DNA of 64,000 nucleotides from Truepera sp. (GCA_965218435.1 CBDCKW010000009.1:2112001-2176000), one strand, 5' to 3'. Positions 50,226 to 60,700 are shown, numbered from the stretch's first letter. The notes: generated by a model not told the origin, from the letters alone. Numbers and translations are program-made.

Positions 50226-50324
50226 AATAGCTCACAATCTATCTTTCACAGTTTATCCTAACGTGCAACCATCAGCTGACTTGTGTAGGTGTAGTACAGG
50301 TTTGCAGGCTGCGCTGACGGTAAC

Positions 50325-50888
50325 TCAGGGAATGAGATGCTCGGAGACGCTTTTCGCGGCGTGCTCGAGCCACGCCCAACGCGTGTATTCCATCTGCACG
50401 TCTACGCGGCCCCGGCTCGTCAACAGCCGACGTTTTTCGTGAAAGCCGACCTTTTTGAAGGCAGCTTGCGCCCGTTCATTATCGCCAAAGGTGCTCAGTT
50501 TGACGCGCTCGAGTTCAAGTGTGCCAAACGCGTAATCTAACAGGGCGTGAACCGCCTCGGGGCCGAAGCCTCGGTTCCAGTGGCTGCGCTCCCCGATAAT
50601 GATTCCCAGTGTCGCCTGGTCGTGGCGAATATCGTAGAGTTCAATCGTCCCGATATAGCTTTCTTGGCCTTCAGAGGTGTCAAAAATTCCGTAGGTTTCG
50701 CGGTCGCTGCGGCGGCTGTCAGCGCGGAGCACTCGCCGGAGCAACCATAAGGGCATCCGGCTCGGGGGCGTGCCGTTTAAGTGCGCGATTTCCGGGTCGC
50801 GGAAGTGCGCGTGAACGCGCCGCCACGCCCCCGTGTCGAGTTCAGAGATAGGTTTAAGCGCTACTCGCCCGTACCGCATCGAAGCCAT
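50325..50888 (-). CDS. GNAT (RimJ/RimL-like) acetyltransferase
   Basis: WNRGFGPEA and N.RAQAAFKKVGF motifs. Confidence 0.88.
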   Translation of the reverse strand: MASMRYGRVALKPISELDTGAWRRVHAHFRDPEIAHLNGTPPSRMPLWLLRRVLRADSRRSDRETYGIFDTSEGQESYIGTIELYDIRHDQATLGIIIGERSHWNRGFGPEAVHALLDYAFGTLELERVKLSTFGDNERAQAAFKKVGFHEKRRLLTSRGRVDVQMEYTRWAWLEHAAKSVSEHLIP

Positions 50889-50975
50889 CAGAGGTATCTT
50901 ATCGCTTTGACGTACTAAAGGACGTTACAGACACCGCTATCTCGGCTGTGTGAACTGACCATCTACGAGCATTTT

Positions 50976-51700
50976 CTAAGTACGGGACAAAAGCTAAATA
51001 CAGAAGCTGAGGTCATGATGATTAAGGGGCAAATTTTTAAGCAGCAATCTAAGATGATCAAGTCTATGACGAAAGACCGATTTTTTCCCTGCGTAGGTGA
51101 GACTTGAGGTGCAAGGGTTTGAGCTTGCTGTCATGAAGCCGTTCGTCAACAGGGTAAGCCCATAGGTGAGCATCGCAAATGCTGCGGCACCATTTGCCTA
51201 ACCTGGCAAAAGCGACACTTAGCAGGGTGAAAAGGATATCGAGCTTGGCAAGGTTGGTGAGGTGGGTTGCTTCTGGCTCGAAACCCATTTTCTTGAGCGC
51301 CGAGAAGAGCATCTCAATTTCCCAACGACGTTTATAGGCGAGAAACGCGGAGGCAAAAGTACGGTTGGTGGCGATAATCGCGTAGTCGTTTGCGACGATC
51401 TTCATACCAGCTAAGCGTAAGCTGCAACCGTAGAGGTGGTAAGGATGATGCCGTGTTTTAAGTTCACCTAGCTTTAAGTGTGTAAAAGCGTGTAGACCGG
51501 ACACCAGCTCTCACATAGACTGTCTTTGCGAATACGGATGGTAAACGGTGCACGACGCTTATTAAGGTAGTTGAACCAGCTCACGCCGATAAACTTCCTG
51601 AACTAGACCCAACGGGCCGGCCGAAGGTTGCCCGTTCTATGTCGGCTAAGAGAAAGACAATATCTTGCGGCTTAACAAGCTTGAGCAAGTCTTGAAACAA
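50976..51700 (-). pseudogene. IS4-family transposase remnant (relative of 54976-56104)
   Basis: Same end CTAAGTACGGGACAAA and YKRRWEIEMLFSALK motif; contains frameshifts and insertions. Confidence 0.85.
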
Positions 51701-51782
51701 GTCAACTGGCAATTCACTACCGCTGATGCGCACATTAAATTGGCTCGTCTTTATACTGTAAACCTAAATTGACAACCTACTA
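51701..51782 (+). pseudogene. 3' end of an IS630-family transposase
   Basis: Reads VNWQFTTADAHIKLARLY..., typical of IS630 C-termini, followed by ...CTAC-TA. Confidence 0.65.
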
Positions 51783-51835
51783 AGTACGTCCAATCTGAAA
51801 CTGTAGGATGATACTCCTCAGCGTTCTTGGCTCAG

Positions 51836-52760
51836 TAGACCTCCGGCGAAAGTCACACAATGGCTTGTAGATCATGGTTGTAGAGAGCAGCAATGAGATT
51901 AAGCCGAAGTCCAAAGCGCCTGCGCCGATGACGATAGGTTTCTTTGAGGATACGCCAGACCTTAAGCTTACGAATGACGTGTTCAGCGAGGATGCGTTCT
52001 TTAGCTAGGATGCGGTTATGTAGCTGTTGCTCTGGGGTAAGTACGTTACCCTTCCAACGTTTATGCGGGGTACGGCTTTTGGGATGAAGCTTAGCCACGC
52101 CCTGAAAGCCGCTATCAGAAAGAAGTTCGGTGTTTGGCGCGAGCACCGTAGCGCAGCGGCTTTGTGTCAATAACTTGAAGTCGTGTGCTCGGCCTTTGCC
52201 ATAAGCCGTACATAGGATGCGCTGACTGTTTTGTGCAACAAATACTTGGCTCTTTTGCGTGTGTCGTTTCTTCTTACCCGAGTAGTAACGCCGCTACCCT
52301 GCCGCTGCGCTTGGGGCACTTTGTTTTTTTGGGACGTTCAACCGGCGACTCGGCAATATCCACTACCACAACTTCTAGCGTCTGGTCGTCACGCAACGCT
52401 TTGCGTCCCGGCAGTGTGAACTTACCCGAGCTGATGAGGGCGTCTTCGACGCGTTCTATGGTGCGCCGCACGGTGCTCTCGTCTACGCCCCAATCTTCTG
52501 ACAAGTGAAAGTGGGTTCGGTATTCTCGTAAAAACGATAGGGTCAGTACAAGTTGGTCTTCAAGACACAGCGCGGGAGTTCGTCCGCGTTTCTTCTTCCG
52601 CCCCTCTCTCGCTTTAAGTAACTCCAGCATCGTTCTGAAAGTGGTGGGCTTGACCCCAAGTTTGCGTTTGAACTTCTCAGGTGACAACTTTAGACTCCGT
52701 GCTGTTTGTTCGCGCATCTTTACATGTTGTCATCTTCGAGCTACTTTCGCCGGAGGTCTA
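51836..52760 (-). mobile_element. Second, diverged copy of the IS5-family two-ORF element; inactivated by a 27-bp insertion
   Basis: Same 18-bp ends as 24891-25785. The insert at 52295-52321 creates TAG in the ORF B frame. Confidence 0.9.
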
Positions 52761-52909
52761 TTTTATAAACCCAGGTAATGGGCACCCGTTAGCCTCTAAG
52801 CCAGTAACGTTTCAAGTCTCCGAAAACCATCCGACTTTTTCAAGTTGGGTATACTTAGTATGCAGCAACCGCTCATAGCCCGGTTTAGAACAGCAGGTCA
52901 AACCCATCC

Positions 52910-53491
52910 CTACCCTTCACCCTTAAACACGTCGCAGTACCACGCGCCTGCATACGGCAGCGTGTCAGAAACGAACCCCGAGCGGGGGTCTACGTGGGCT
53001 TGACCCCATGCGTTCGCCTCACCCTGATCGGCAAACGGCCCGACAAACGCAGCGCCGGCTTGCCAAGTTGCGGGGAGAAGCGGCCACGCAAACTCGCGCC
53101 GTTCACCCGACCTGTCACCTACGGTGCGGTAAAAAAGCCCGTCTGGTTGCGTTCCGACAAACGCTCCCAACTTGTCATCGAAGGCTGCTAATTCAAGTTT
53201 TTGCAAGGGCGGAAAGACGCGCAGTTCGGTATCGGTTTGAGGACTCGTCAGCGGCACCGTAAAAAGTTGCGCATACGGCGTAATCTGCGCGAGTGCTACG
53301 TTCACCTGCGGGGCGAGCCGCGCGTCGGTCCGGACGAGCGGCACCGCGTTGATCGCCCCGTAGGTCAGCGGATCACTTTGGCGCAGCTCGTCAAGGTCAA
53401 CGCCGGTAGCCTCGGCTCGAGCACGTACCCGTTCACTCGGCCTGTGCGTCTGTACCGCCTCTAAAAACCGTTCGTCCAGCTCAGCGGACAA
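52910..53491 (-). CDS. Hypothetical protein
   Basis: 193 aa, host codon usage, coupled to the aminotransferase. Confidence 0.7.
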   Translation of the reverse strand: MSAELDERFLEAVQTHRPSERVRARAEATGVDLDELRQSDPLTYGAINAVPLVRTDARLAPQVNVALAQITPYAQLFTVPLTSPQTDTELRVFPPLQKLELAAFDDKLGAFVGTQPDGLFYRTVGDRSGERREFAWPLLPATWQAGAAFVGPFADQGEANAWGQAHVDPRSGFVSDTLPYAGAWYCDVFKGEG

Positions 53492-54644
53492 CGGCGGCTC
53501 CTAGTGTCGCCTCGTCAAAACGGCGTTTTAGGTCGGGGGCGTCTAAAATCTCGGAAAGCGCGTCCATCAGCCTCGAGTAATGTGCGGCGTGGGCGCTCTC
53601 TCCCATCAAACCGAGCCGCCAGATTTTACCGGCTGTCTCACCGAGCCCGCCCGTGACGCTGATGCGGTAACGTTCACGAAGCGTGGCCCGCACGCCCGCG
53701 TCGTCAAAGCCTTCAGGGAGTTCTACGGCCAAAACGGTCGGCAACCGGTACGCTGCCGGAACATAGGCGCGAAACCCGACGGCGGAGAGGGCGTAGAGAG
53801 CAGCATCCTCGAGCATTCGTGCCCGCGCCGCCCGCGCCGGTATCCCTTCGTCTAAAACCGCCCGAATCGCCTCGCCGGTCGCCCAGTGAAGCTGTACCGG
53901 AACCGTGTGATGATAGCTCCGCACGCCACCCTCACCCCAGTAGCCACGCATCCCGAGCGCGTCGCTGTACCAAGTGCTAACCGGCGTTTTACGAGCCACA
54001 ATCCTCTCCATCGCGCGGCGGCTAAACATCACCGGGGCGAGTCCGGGAGGAGCCGAAAGGCACTTTTGTGACCCGGTATACGCGTAATCTATGCCCCACG
54101 CTGCGGCGTCGAACGGGAGCATCCCGACGGTCGTCACCGCGTCTACAGAGTAGAGTGCCCCGACCTCGAGGGCAACCTGACCGATCTCCGGTACCGGATT
54201 GAGCACCCCGGTACTCGTCTCACCGTGAACGACGGCGATAAGCTTGGGCTTGAGCTCACGCGCAACCCGCCGCACCTCGCTCACCTCGAGCGGCCTTCCG
54301 AGCGGTGCCCGGAGCACCGTTACTTCTGCCCCGAGCCTCGAGGCCATCTCCGCCATCCGCTCACCAAAGACCCCGTTCGACAAGACGAGCGCCCGGTCAC
54401 CGGGTTCTAACAAGTTGGCGAACCCCGCCTCCATCCCCAATGAACCCGTTCCCGACAAGAGCGCCGTAAACGCGTCGTCGTCCGCGCCATAAAGCGTTTT
54501 AAGGTCGCGCGCCACCGCGTCGTTGAAGACGAAGACTTCCGGGTCCATATGGCTGATCATCGGCCACGACAGGGCTGCGCTAGCCCGTGGGTGCAAAGGC
54601 GTCGGGCCGGGGGTCAAGAGCAGCACGGGTTGGGGAGCATTCAT
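53481..54644 (-). CDS. Alanine--glyoxylate / serine--pyruvate aminotransferase (class V PLP)
   Basis: [28 protein letters not shown] and WRLGLMG motifs. Confidence 0.9.
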   Translation of the reverse strand: MNAPQPVLLLTPGPTPLHPRASAALSWPMISHMDPEVFVFNDAVARDLKTLYGADDDAFTALLSGTGSLGMEAGFANLLEPGDRALVLSNGVFGERMAEMASRLGAEVTVLRAPLGRPLEVSEVRRVARELKPKLIAVVHGETSTGVLNPVPEIGQVALEVGALYSVDAVTTVGMLPFDAAAWGIDYAYTGSQKCLSAPPGLAPVMFSRRAMERIVARKTPVSTWYSDALGMRGYWGEGGVRSYHHTVPVQLHWATGEAIRAVLDEGIPARAARARMLEDAALYALSAVGFRAYVPAAYRLPTVLAVELPEGFDDAGVRATLRERYRISVTGGLGETAGKIWRLGLMGESAHAAHYSRLMDALSEILDAPDLKRRFDEATLGAAVVR

Positions 54645-54665
54645 GGAGCACCTTTTCTGTTTTGG

Positions 54666-54807
54666 CTCGAGCTACCGGTTAAAAAACAGTAGCAATCAGT
54701 AGCAATAAAAAAGACCGCACCACGGGGGCCGGTCGGGAGAGCGATACGTTATTACGTACCGCCGGTCAGCTAGCTCGAGCAAAAACGTGTATCACAGGGT
54801 TAGTTTA
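54666..54807 (-). promoter_or_regulatory. Putative leader-peptide attenuator (MIHVFARAS, 54766-54795) with terminator
   Basis: TAAACT-N6-GTG leaderless start, then GACCGGCCCCCGTGGTGCGGTC hairpin and T-run. Confidence 0.7.
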
Positions 54808-54860
54808 CACAACTTGCACACGGTTGTGAAGCCCAATTTGTAACAATTAAGAGGTCATCT

Positions 54861-56208
54861 TTACGTTGCGCTGAGTTTGAGTTCTTTTTTAACTTCTCTA
54901 AAAAGCCGGCTGACCTGCACCGCCGAGACAGAAGAAAAGTCTTCTAAAAATTCTCCAACGGTATAGCCTTTTTCCCTAAGTACGGGACAAAAAGTGAATA
55001 CAGAGAAGCAGGTCGTCATGCTTGAGGTGTAGATTCTTAAGCAGATGCCTGAGATAGTCAAGACTGTGACGGAAGAAAGACTTTTCTCTGCGTAGGTGAG
55101 ACTTGATACGCAGAAGCTTTCGTTTGCTGTCGTGGAGCCATTCACCTACATGATGCGCCCAGGTAAAAGCCAGAGCCAAGAGGGTAAAAAGGGTATCGAG
55201 TTTATAAAGCCGAGTAAGGTGGCTAGCTTCAAGCTCAAAGCCGGTTGTTTTCAAGGCGGAAAAAAGCATTTCGATCTCCCACCTACGCTTGTAAACCACA
55301 AAGGCTTGAGCAGGCGCACGGTTGGTGACAACTATGAGGTAATCGCTACCAGAGAGCTTCATACCAGCGGCACGCAAGTTACAGCCGTAAAAGCCATAGC
55401 TATTGTTTAGAACCTTGAGTTCGCCTATAGCTAAGTGGGCGAAAAGCGCACGAACGGGACACCAGTTGTCACATAGGCTGTCTTTACGGATACGAATGGC
55501 AAAAGGAACCTGGCGTTTATCCAGATAGTTAATCCAGGTTACTCCGATAAACTCCCTATCAGCCAAGAAAAACGCTACGTCTTTGGAGGCTATAAGCTCG
55601 AAAAAACATTGGAGCAGGCTGATACGTTCTTCACTAGATGAATTTCCACCTTTATTCAGAAACGACCATACGATAGGAAAAGCAACACCTCTATGGGCTA
55701 TGGCAATCACTAGAATGTTGATGTCGAGGCTGCCAAACTGCCAGTTCGTGCGGTCAACGCAGACGGTGTAAGGCGGTGGTGGTAGCAAGTTGAGGATAAA
55801 CTGAGCAACTTTCACCTTGTCTAAGCGTACTTCTGTAAAAAATCGCTTGATGCGACGGTACGCTGATTCTGGCTCCGCTCTACCCTGAAATGCTAAGCTC
55901 AGACTTACTAGGTTGACCGTCTTCTCTTGAATCAGTACGAGTAGCAACGTGCTCAGGCATGTCAGCCTTGCTCCATTCATAGGCAACTTTGCCGCTAGTA
56001 TTTGTTTCAGGCTTGTCTTATGCTGATAATGGCTTCCACGAGATTCTTTCACACAGCTATTCTCGCTCAGGAAGCCTTTTTCCTTTGATTTGTCCCGTAC
56101 TTAGCCTTTTTCCAAGCAGTCAAAGAGGTTTTCAATCGGCACCCGAGTATTCTTGAACACAGGGATACCGCCCAAGATGTCGAGGTCTCGAGTGATGATG
56201 GACTGCAT
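54861..56208 (-). pseudogene. DUF433-family (antitoxin-like) gene split by IS4
   Basis: MQSIITRDLDILGGIPVFKNTRVPIENLFDCLEKG | YTVGEFLEDF... rejoins across the target duplication. Confidence 0.88.
54976..56104 (-). mobile_element. IS4-family element with intact transposase (54976-56052)
   Basis: TIR CTAAGTACGGGACAAA and 9-bp duplication CCTTTTTCC (54967-54975 and 56105-56113). DRTNW, ADREF and Y..RWEIE.LF..LK motifs. Confidence 0.95.
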
Positions 56209-56439
56209 AAAGCTAGTATAAACCTTTCACTGTTGACAAAAAGACATATTTCAGAACTAGAGAGCCGCGCTATCAGGGCAAGACAAAAGTTTTTACGACG
56301 CCGTTGACCTCAACTTTATAGTTTCCGGGACAAGTTGAGTCTCGAGCGTTACAACAATACTATGGAGCTAAAGCAGAAACTAAAACGCAGTAGTAAGATG
56401 AAATCTATAAAGAGTTGTACATAAGCAAGGGGGAACGAT

Positions 56440-57873
56440 GTGCTTACCAGACTTGAAGTTGACGGTTTCAAAAACTTAGTAGATTTCTCTATTGACTTTG
56501 GTCCTTACACTTGCATTGCAGGTCCAAACGGAGTCGGCAAGTCAAATATCTTCGATGCCATCAGATTCCTTTCTCTGCTAGCAGATCGCCCATTGGAAGA
56601 AGCTGCTTTGCTAGTACGGGGCGGAGATTTAGAGGTCGGAGACGTAGATGACTTATTTTGGACTAATGGCGAAGATAAAGCATCACAATTCAAGATTGCT
56701 GCAGAAATGCTAATTGAGCCGAATGTTTTTGATGACTTTGGTCGGCCCACAGAGGCAAATTCTTCATATTTGCGATATGAAATAAAAATTGGCTTCGAGA
56801 AACCAGCAAATCGTGTACCCATAGGGAGACTGACTCTGCTATCAGAAAAGCTAGATTACATCACAGAAGGTAAAGCTTCAAAAAAACTCAAGTTCCCGCA
56901 TAGTCCAACTGAATTTAGGAAAAACGTTGTAATCAATAAGCGTCGCACTCAGTCAGGCTATATTTCTGTACAGGAATCTCCCGACGGTTTTACTGAAATC
57001 CTAGTTCACCAAGACGGTGGGTCACGAGGCCCTGCGCAAACTTCGCCTGCCAGTTCTGCACCGCGTACAATTGTTGCTACATCGAATACCTCAGTTACTC
57101 CTACTATCTTGGCAGCTCGTCGTGAGATGCAGCAGTGGCGCTTTCTAGCACTAGAACCCTCTGCTATGCGAAGCCCTGATAGATTTCAAACATCTCCAAG
57201 TATCACAATCAATGGCGGTCATGTACCAGCGACATTAGCTCGTTTAGTTCAGCAGACTGAGAACAACGGTGGCGACGCAGAAGATGTATATAGCGATGTT
57301 GCGATGCGAGTGGCGCGGCTAGTACCAATATTGGATGTGGAAGTAGAGATTGATGACGCTCGACAGCTTCTCACACTAAAGGTTAGAGAAGAAAATGGCA
57401 TCAAATTGCCAGCTGCTTCGCTATCAGATGGAACCCTAAGATTTATGACTCTCGCAGTGCTCGCTTCAGATTCAAGTATAAAAGGCTTAATCTGCATTGA
57501 AGAACCGGAGAACGGTATTCATCCAGCAAAGGTTCGCCAGATGGTTGATCTTTTACGAAATCTGGCAGTGAATCCAACGCATAAGCCAGACGATGAGAAC
57601 CCGTTCAGACAGATAATTATTGCTACGCACTCCCCTGCGTTTGTACAGTTGCAGAACCCTGACGATGTACTATTTGCCACGGAAGCACTCGTATCGAAAA
57701 ACGATCAAAAGCGCATTAGGACACTAAGATGTAGACCTCTCGCCGATACTTGGCGTGCCAGAAAGGAATCAGGACCGTCGGTAGGCCATGCAGTGATACA
57801 AGCGTATTTGACGACGCCCCCCGGTGCGCAAATTAAAATATTTGATGACTATTTTGAACCTATTATGGGATGA
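56440..57873 (+). CDS. AAA_15/AAA_21-type ABC ATPase
   Basis: GPNGVGKSN, LSDGT, IEEPENGIHP and THSP motifs; lower GC. Confidence 0.9.
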   Translation: MLTRLEVDGFKNLVDFSIDFGPYTCIAGPNGVGKSNIFDAIRFLSLLADRPLEEAALLVRGGDLEVGDVDDLFWTNGEDKASQFKIAAEMLIEPNVFDDFGRPTEANSSYLRYEIKIGFEKPANRVPIGRLTLLSEKLDYITEGKASKKLKFPHSPTEFRKNVVINKRRTQSGYISVQESPDGFTEILVHQDGGSRGPAQTSPASSAPRTIVATSNTSVTPTILAARREMQQWRFLALEPSAMRSPDRFQTSPSITINGGHVPATLARLVQQTENNGGDAEDVYSDVAMRVARLVPILDVEVEIDDARQLLTLKVREENGIKLPAASLSDGTLRFMTLAVLASDSSIKGLICIEEPENGIHPAKVRQMVDLLRNLAVNPTHKPDDENPFRQIIIATHSPAFVQLQNPDDVLFATEALVSKNDQKRIRTLRCRPLADTWRARKESGPSVGHAVIQAYLTTPPGAQIKIFDDYFEPIMG

Positions 57874-58508
57874 ATATCAACTTTGTCCTTGTAGCAGAAG
57901 GAGCATCTGATTATGCTTTAGTCACTCATTTAGAGGCACTCTGTAGTTATTGCGGAGCAACAGAGGTCACGGGGGTTGCTCTTGAATTCGAGCGTTTGCC
58001 CGCTGGTGTCGGGAAAAGTGTATTTGATAAACTAAGCGCCGCCAAGAAAGCGGAACCAGGTGCAAACCTTTTCTTTGTACATAGAGATGCAGATAGTCGC
58101 GACTCTTCTTTCAGGCACCAAGAGATAAAAGATGCCGTAGAAGCCTGTCAGCTTATAGCCGATTATGTTGCTGTTGTTCCTGTGCAAGAAACCGAAGCTT
58201 GGCTCCTTCTTGATGAAACTGAAATAAGAAGGGTCGCTCGTAAGCCAAATGGTAAGGTGCTGCTAAATTTACCGAGACCGCATCAAGTCGAAAGCGTTGC
58301 AAGTCCTAAAGAGTATCTTCAAGCAATTCTAGTTGATGCTTCAGAAGCTTCTGGTAGACGTTTAGATAAAATTAAACGCGATTTTTCCAATCAGAGAGCA
58401 CTTCTTACGAGACGACTATCTGTTGACGGCCCCCTGTCTTTTGTTCCTTCATGGGTCAAGATGCGCGATGATCTCCAGAGAATAATCCAAGAACACAAAA
58501 GTGAGTAG
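57870..58508 (+). CDS. TOPRIM-like protein (DUF4276-like)
   Basis: AEG.SD, HRDAD, ETEAWLL and PKE.L motifs; ATGA overlap with the ATPase. Confidence 0.75.
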   Translation: MNINFVLVAEGASDYALVTHLEALCSYCGATEVTGVALEFERLPAGVGKSVFDKLSAAKKAEPGANLFFVHRDADSRDSSFRHQEIKDAVEACQLIADYVAVVPVQETEAWLLLDETEIRRVARKPNGKVLLNLPRPHQVESVASPKEYLQAILVDASEASGRRLDKIKRDFSNQRALLTRRLSVDGPLSFVPSWVKMRDDLQRIIQEHKSE

Positions 58509-58656
58509 ATTTTAAGTTCAGTCACTTTTTTTGGGTCAAACCTAGAGAATAGAAGTATAAGCAAGTGTAGCACAGCGCGTCGTGCCTAGCCTTGTAAAAA
58601 GAGGTGAGTAAGCAGTATATTGGAGTTTGGAAAGACTTCCCGACTGCCTTTTTGTG

Positions 58657-58683
58657 AGGGTGGGCCGAGGCCCATCCTTTTTT
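58657..58683 (+). terminator. rimP leader hairpin (attenuator)
   Basis: AGGGTGGGCC-GA-GGCCCATCCT followed by a T-run, upstream of rimP. Confidence 0.7.
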
Positions 58684-58737
58684 ATTGGCCCACGGAAGCA
58701 GGTTTGACGAGTAACGGACCCAGATAGGAGGCGGAGG

Positions 58738-59178
58738 TTGGAACTAGCGGAGGCTGCAGAGGAAGTGCTCGGGCCGCTCGGTTACGAGGTTTTAGAGGTC
58801 GTGATGAGTGGTAAGGGCAAAAAAAGAAATGTCCTCTTACGGATTGACCGGCTCGACGGCGGCGTCGTGACGATGGAAGACGTTGAGACGGCCACCGGCG
58901 TTTTTAGCCTCGAGCTCGACCGCTTAGACCCGTTTGAAAGCGAGTATAACCTCGAGGTCGAATCGCCGGGTCCGGCCCGCCCTTTAAAGACCGCCGCACA
59001 CTTCCGGCGCTTTGCGGGGCTGCTCGCCAAGGTGAACGCGCAGGGCGAAACCTTTACCGGACGCGTTCAAGAAGTCGGTGACGATTCTGTCACCTTCGAC
59101 CTCAAAGGGCAAACGCGGACGCTCAAACTGAGTGACCTGCAGGCGCGGCTCGCCGAGTGGCCGGACACTCCCCGCTAA
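58738..59178 (+). CDS. rimP: Ribosome maturation factor RimP
   Basis: YNLEVESPG.ARPL motif; first gene of the nusA-infB operon. Confidence 0.93.
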   Translation: MELAEAAEEVLGPLGYEVLEVVMSGKGKKRNVLLRIDRLDGGVVTMEDVETATGVFSLELDRLDPFESEYNLEVESPGPARPLKTAAHFRRFAGLLAKVNAQGETFTGRVQEVGDDSVTFDLKGQTRTLKLSDLQARLAEWPDTPR

Positions 59179-59207
59179 GGCGTCACTGCTAAAAGATAAG
59201 GAGACGT

Positions 59208-60398
59208 ATGAACAAAGATTTTATTGACGCGCTCGGTCAGTTAGCGACTGAGCGCAACATTGACAAAGACCAGCTCTTAACGAGTTTTGAAGAGGCGTTA
59301 GAGCAAGCGTATGAGCGTAACGTCGAACCGGGCAAACTCATCGAGGTGCAAGTAGACCCCGATTCAGGCGAGATTGACGTGATCGTCATTCGGCGCGTCG
59401 TTGAAGAGATCGAGGAGCCCGAGCAGGAGATTCTACTCGCCGAGGCGCTCGAGTTAGACCCCACCGTCGAAGTCGGGATGGAGATGGAGTTTCCGGTAGA
59501 CCCCGACAAATTTACCCGGATCGCGGTGCAGACGACCAAACAGGTTATCACCCAAAAAATCCGTGAGGCTGAGCGCGCCGTCGTCTTTAACGAGTACAAA
59601 GACCGCGCCGGGGATATCATCACCGCCGTTGTCTCCCGCACCGACAACAAACGCAACGTGTTTGTAGATTTGGGCCGTGGCGAGGCCATCATGCCGCCCA
59701 AAGAGCAGATTCAGGGCGAGCGGTATATGGTCGGGATGCGCCTCAAGGTTTACGTGATGAAAGTTGAACTCGGCTCCAGGGGGCCGAGCATCTTGGTCTC
59801 GAGGGCTGCGCCGGAACTTCTCGAGTACCTGATGCGTCAGGAAATCCCCGAAGTCGCCGACGATACCGTCGAACTTAAAGCGGTCGCCCGCGAAGCCGGA
59901 CAACGCTCCAAAGTCGCGGTCATCAGCCGCAACACGAATGTGGACCCTATCGGCGCGTGTATCGGACACCGGGGCGCACGCATTCAAGCGGTGACCGGTG
60001 AGCTGCAACGCGAGCGCGTAGACATCATCTTGTGGGACCCAAATCCGCGCGAGTTTATCCGTAACGCCTTATCGCCTGCCAAGGTCGGCAACATTGATGT
60101 GAATCCCGATATCGGCGAAGCGAAGGTCAACGTCGGTAACGACCAGCTCTCACTTGCCATCGGTAAAGGTGGACAAAACGTCCGGCTGGCTGCCAAGCTG
60201 ACCGGCTTTAAGATTGATCTGGTCGCCTCTGAGCACGTCTCGGACCTAGACGCTGCGCTGCAAGCCGTCGCCTCGCGTACCACCGAGCCGAGCTTGGGCA
60301 CCGACGACGCCAAACGCGCCGCCTTTGAAGCCTTGTTTAGCGCCGCCCCCGAAGCGCCCAAAGAAGCCGAGACCGACGAGGAAACCGAACGGGCGTAG
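59208..60398 (+). CDS. nusA: Transcription factor NusA
   Basis: S1 and KH domains, AREAGQRSKVAV and AIGKGGQNVRLA motifs. Confidence 0.97.
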   Translation: MNKDFIDALGQLATERNIDKDQLLTSFEEALEQAYERNVEPGKLIEVQVDPDSGEIDVIVIRRVVEEIEEPEQEILLAEALELDPTVEVGMEMEFPVDPDKFTRIAVQTTKQVITQKIREAERAVVFNEYKDRAGDIITAVVSRTDNKRNVFVDLGRGEAIMPPKEQIQGERYMVGMRLKVYVMKVELGSRGPSILVSRAAPELLEYLMRQEIPEVADDTVELKAVAREAGQRSKVAVISRNTNVDPIGACIGHRGARIQAVTGELQRERVDIILWDPNPREFIRNALSPAKVGNIDVNPDIGEAKVNVGNDQLSLAIGKGGQNVRLAAKLTGFKIDLVASEHVSDLDAALQAVASRTTEPSLGTDDAKRAAFEALFSAAPEAPKEAETDEETERA

Positions 60399-60403
60399 CG
60401 CAG

Positions 60404-60700
60404 ATGAAACGTGGTCACATTCCCTTGCGCCGCTGCGTCGGCTGTCGGCGGGTACGCCCGCAGGCCGAGCTTTTGCGTCTCGTTCAGGACGAAACCGGGG
60501 CGTGGACGCTCGACCTGAAACGCCGTGTGCCCGGACGTGGCAGTTGGGTTTGCCGTGACACCCCCGCGTGTTGGACACCTAAACGACTCGGGCGGTACTT
60601 CCGAGCCCAAACGGAGACGGTATGCAAGCTCCTTCAAGCCAATGAAACTAACAACTATGAACTAAACCCCAATCACCAGACAGGAGGACCTAATGTCTGA
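60404..60700 (+). CDS. ylxR: YlxR family RNA-binding protein
   Basis: PLRRCVGCR and PGRGSWVC motifs. Confidence 0.88.
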   Translation: MKRGHIPLRRCVGCRRVRPQAELLRLVQDETGAWTLDLKRRVPGRGSWVCRDTPACWTPKRLGRYFRAQTETVCKLLQANETNNYELNPNHQTGGPNV

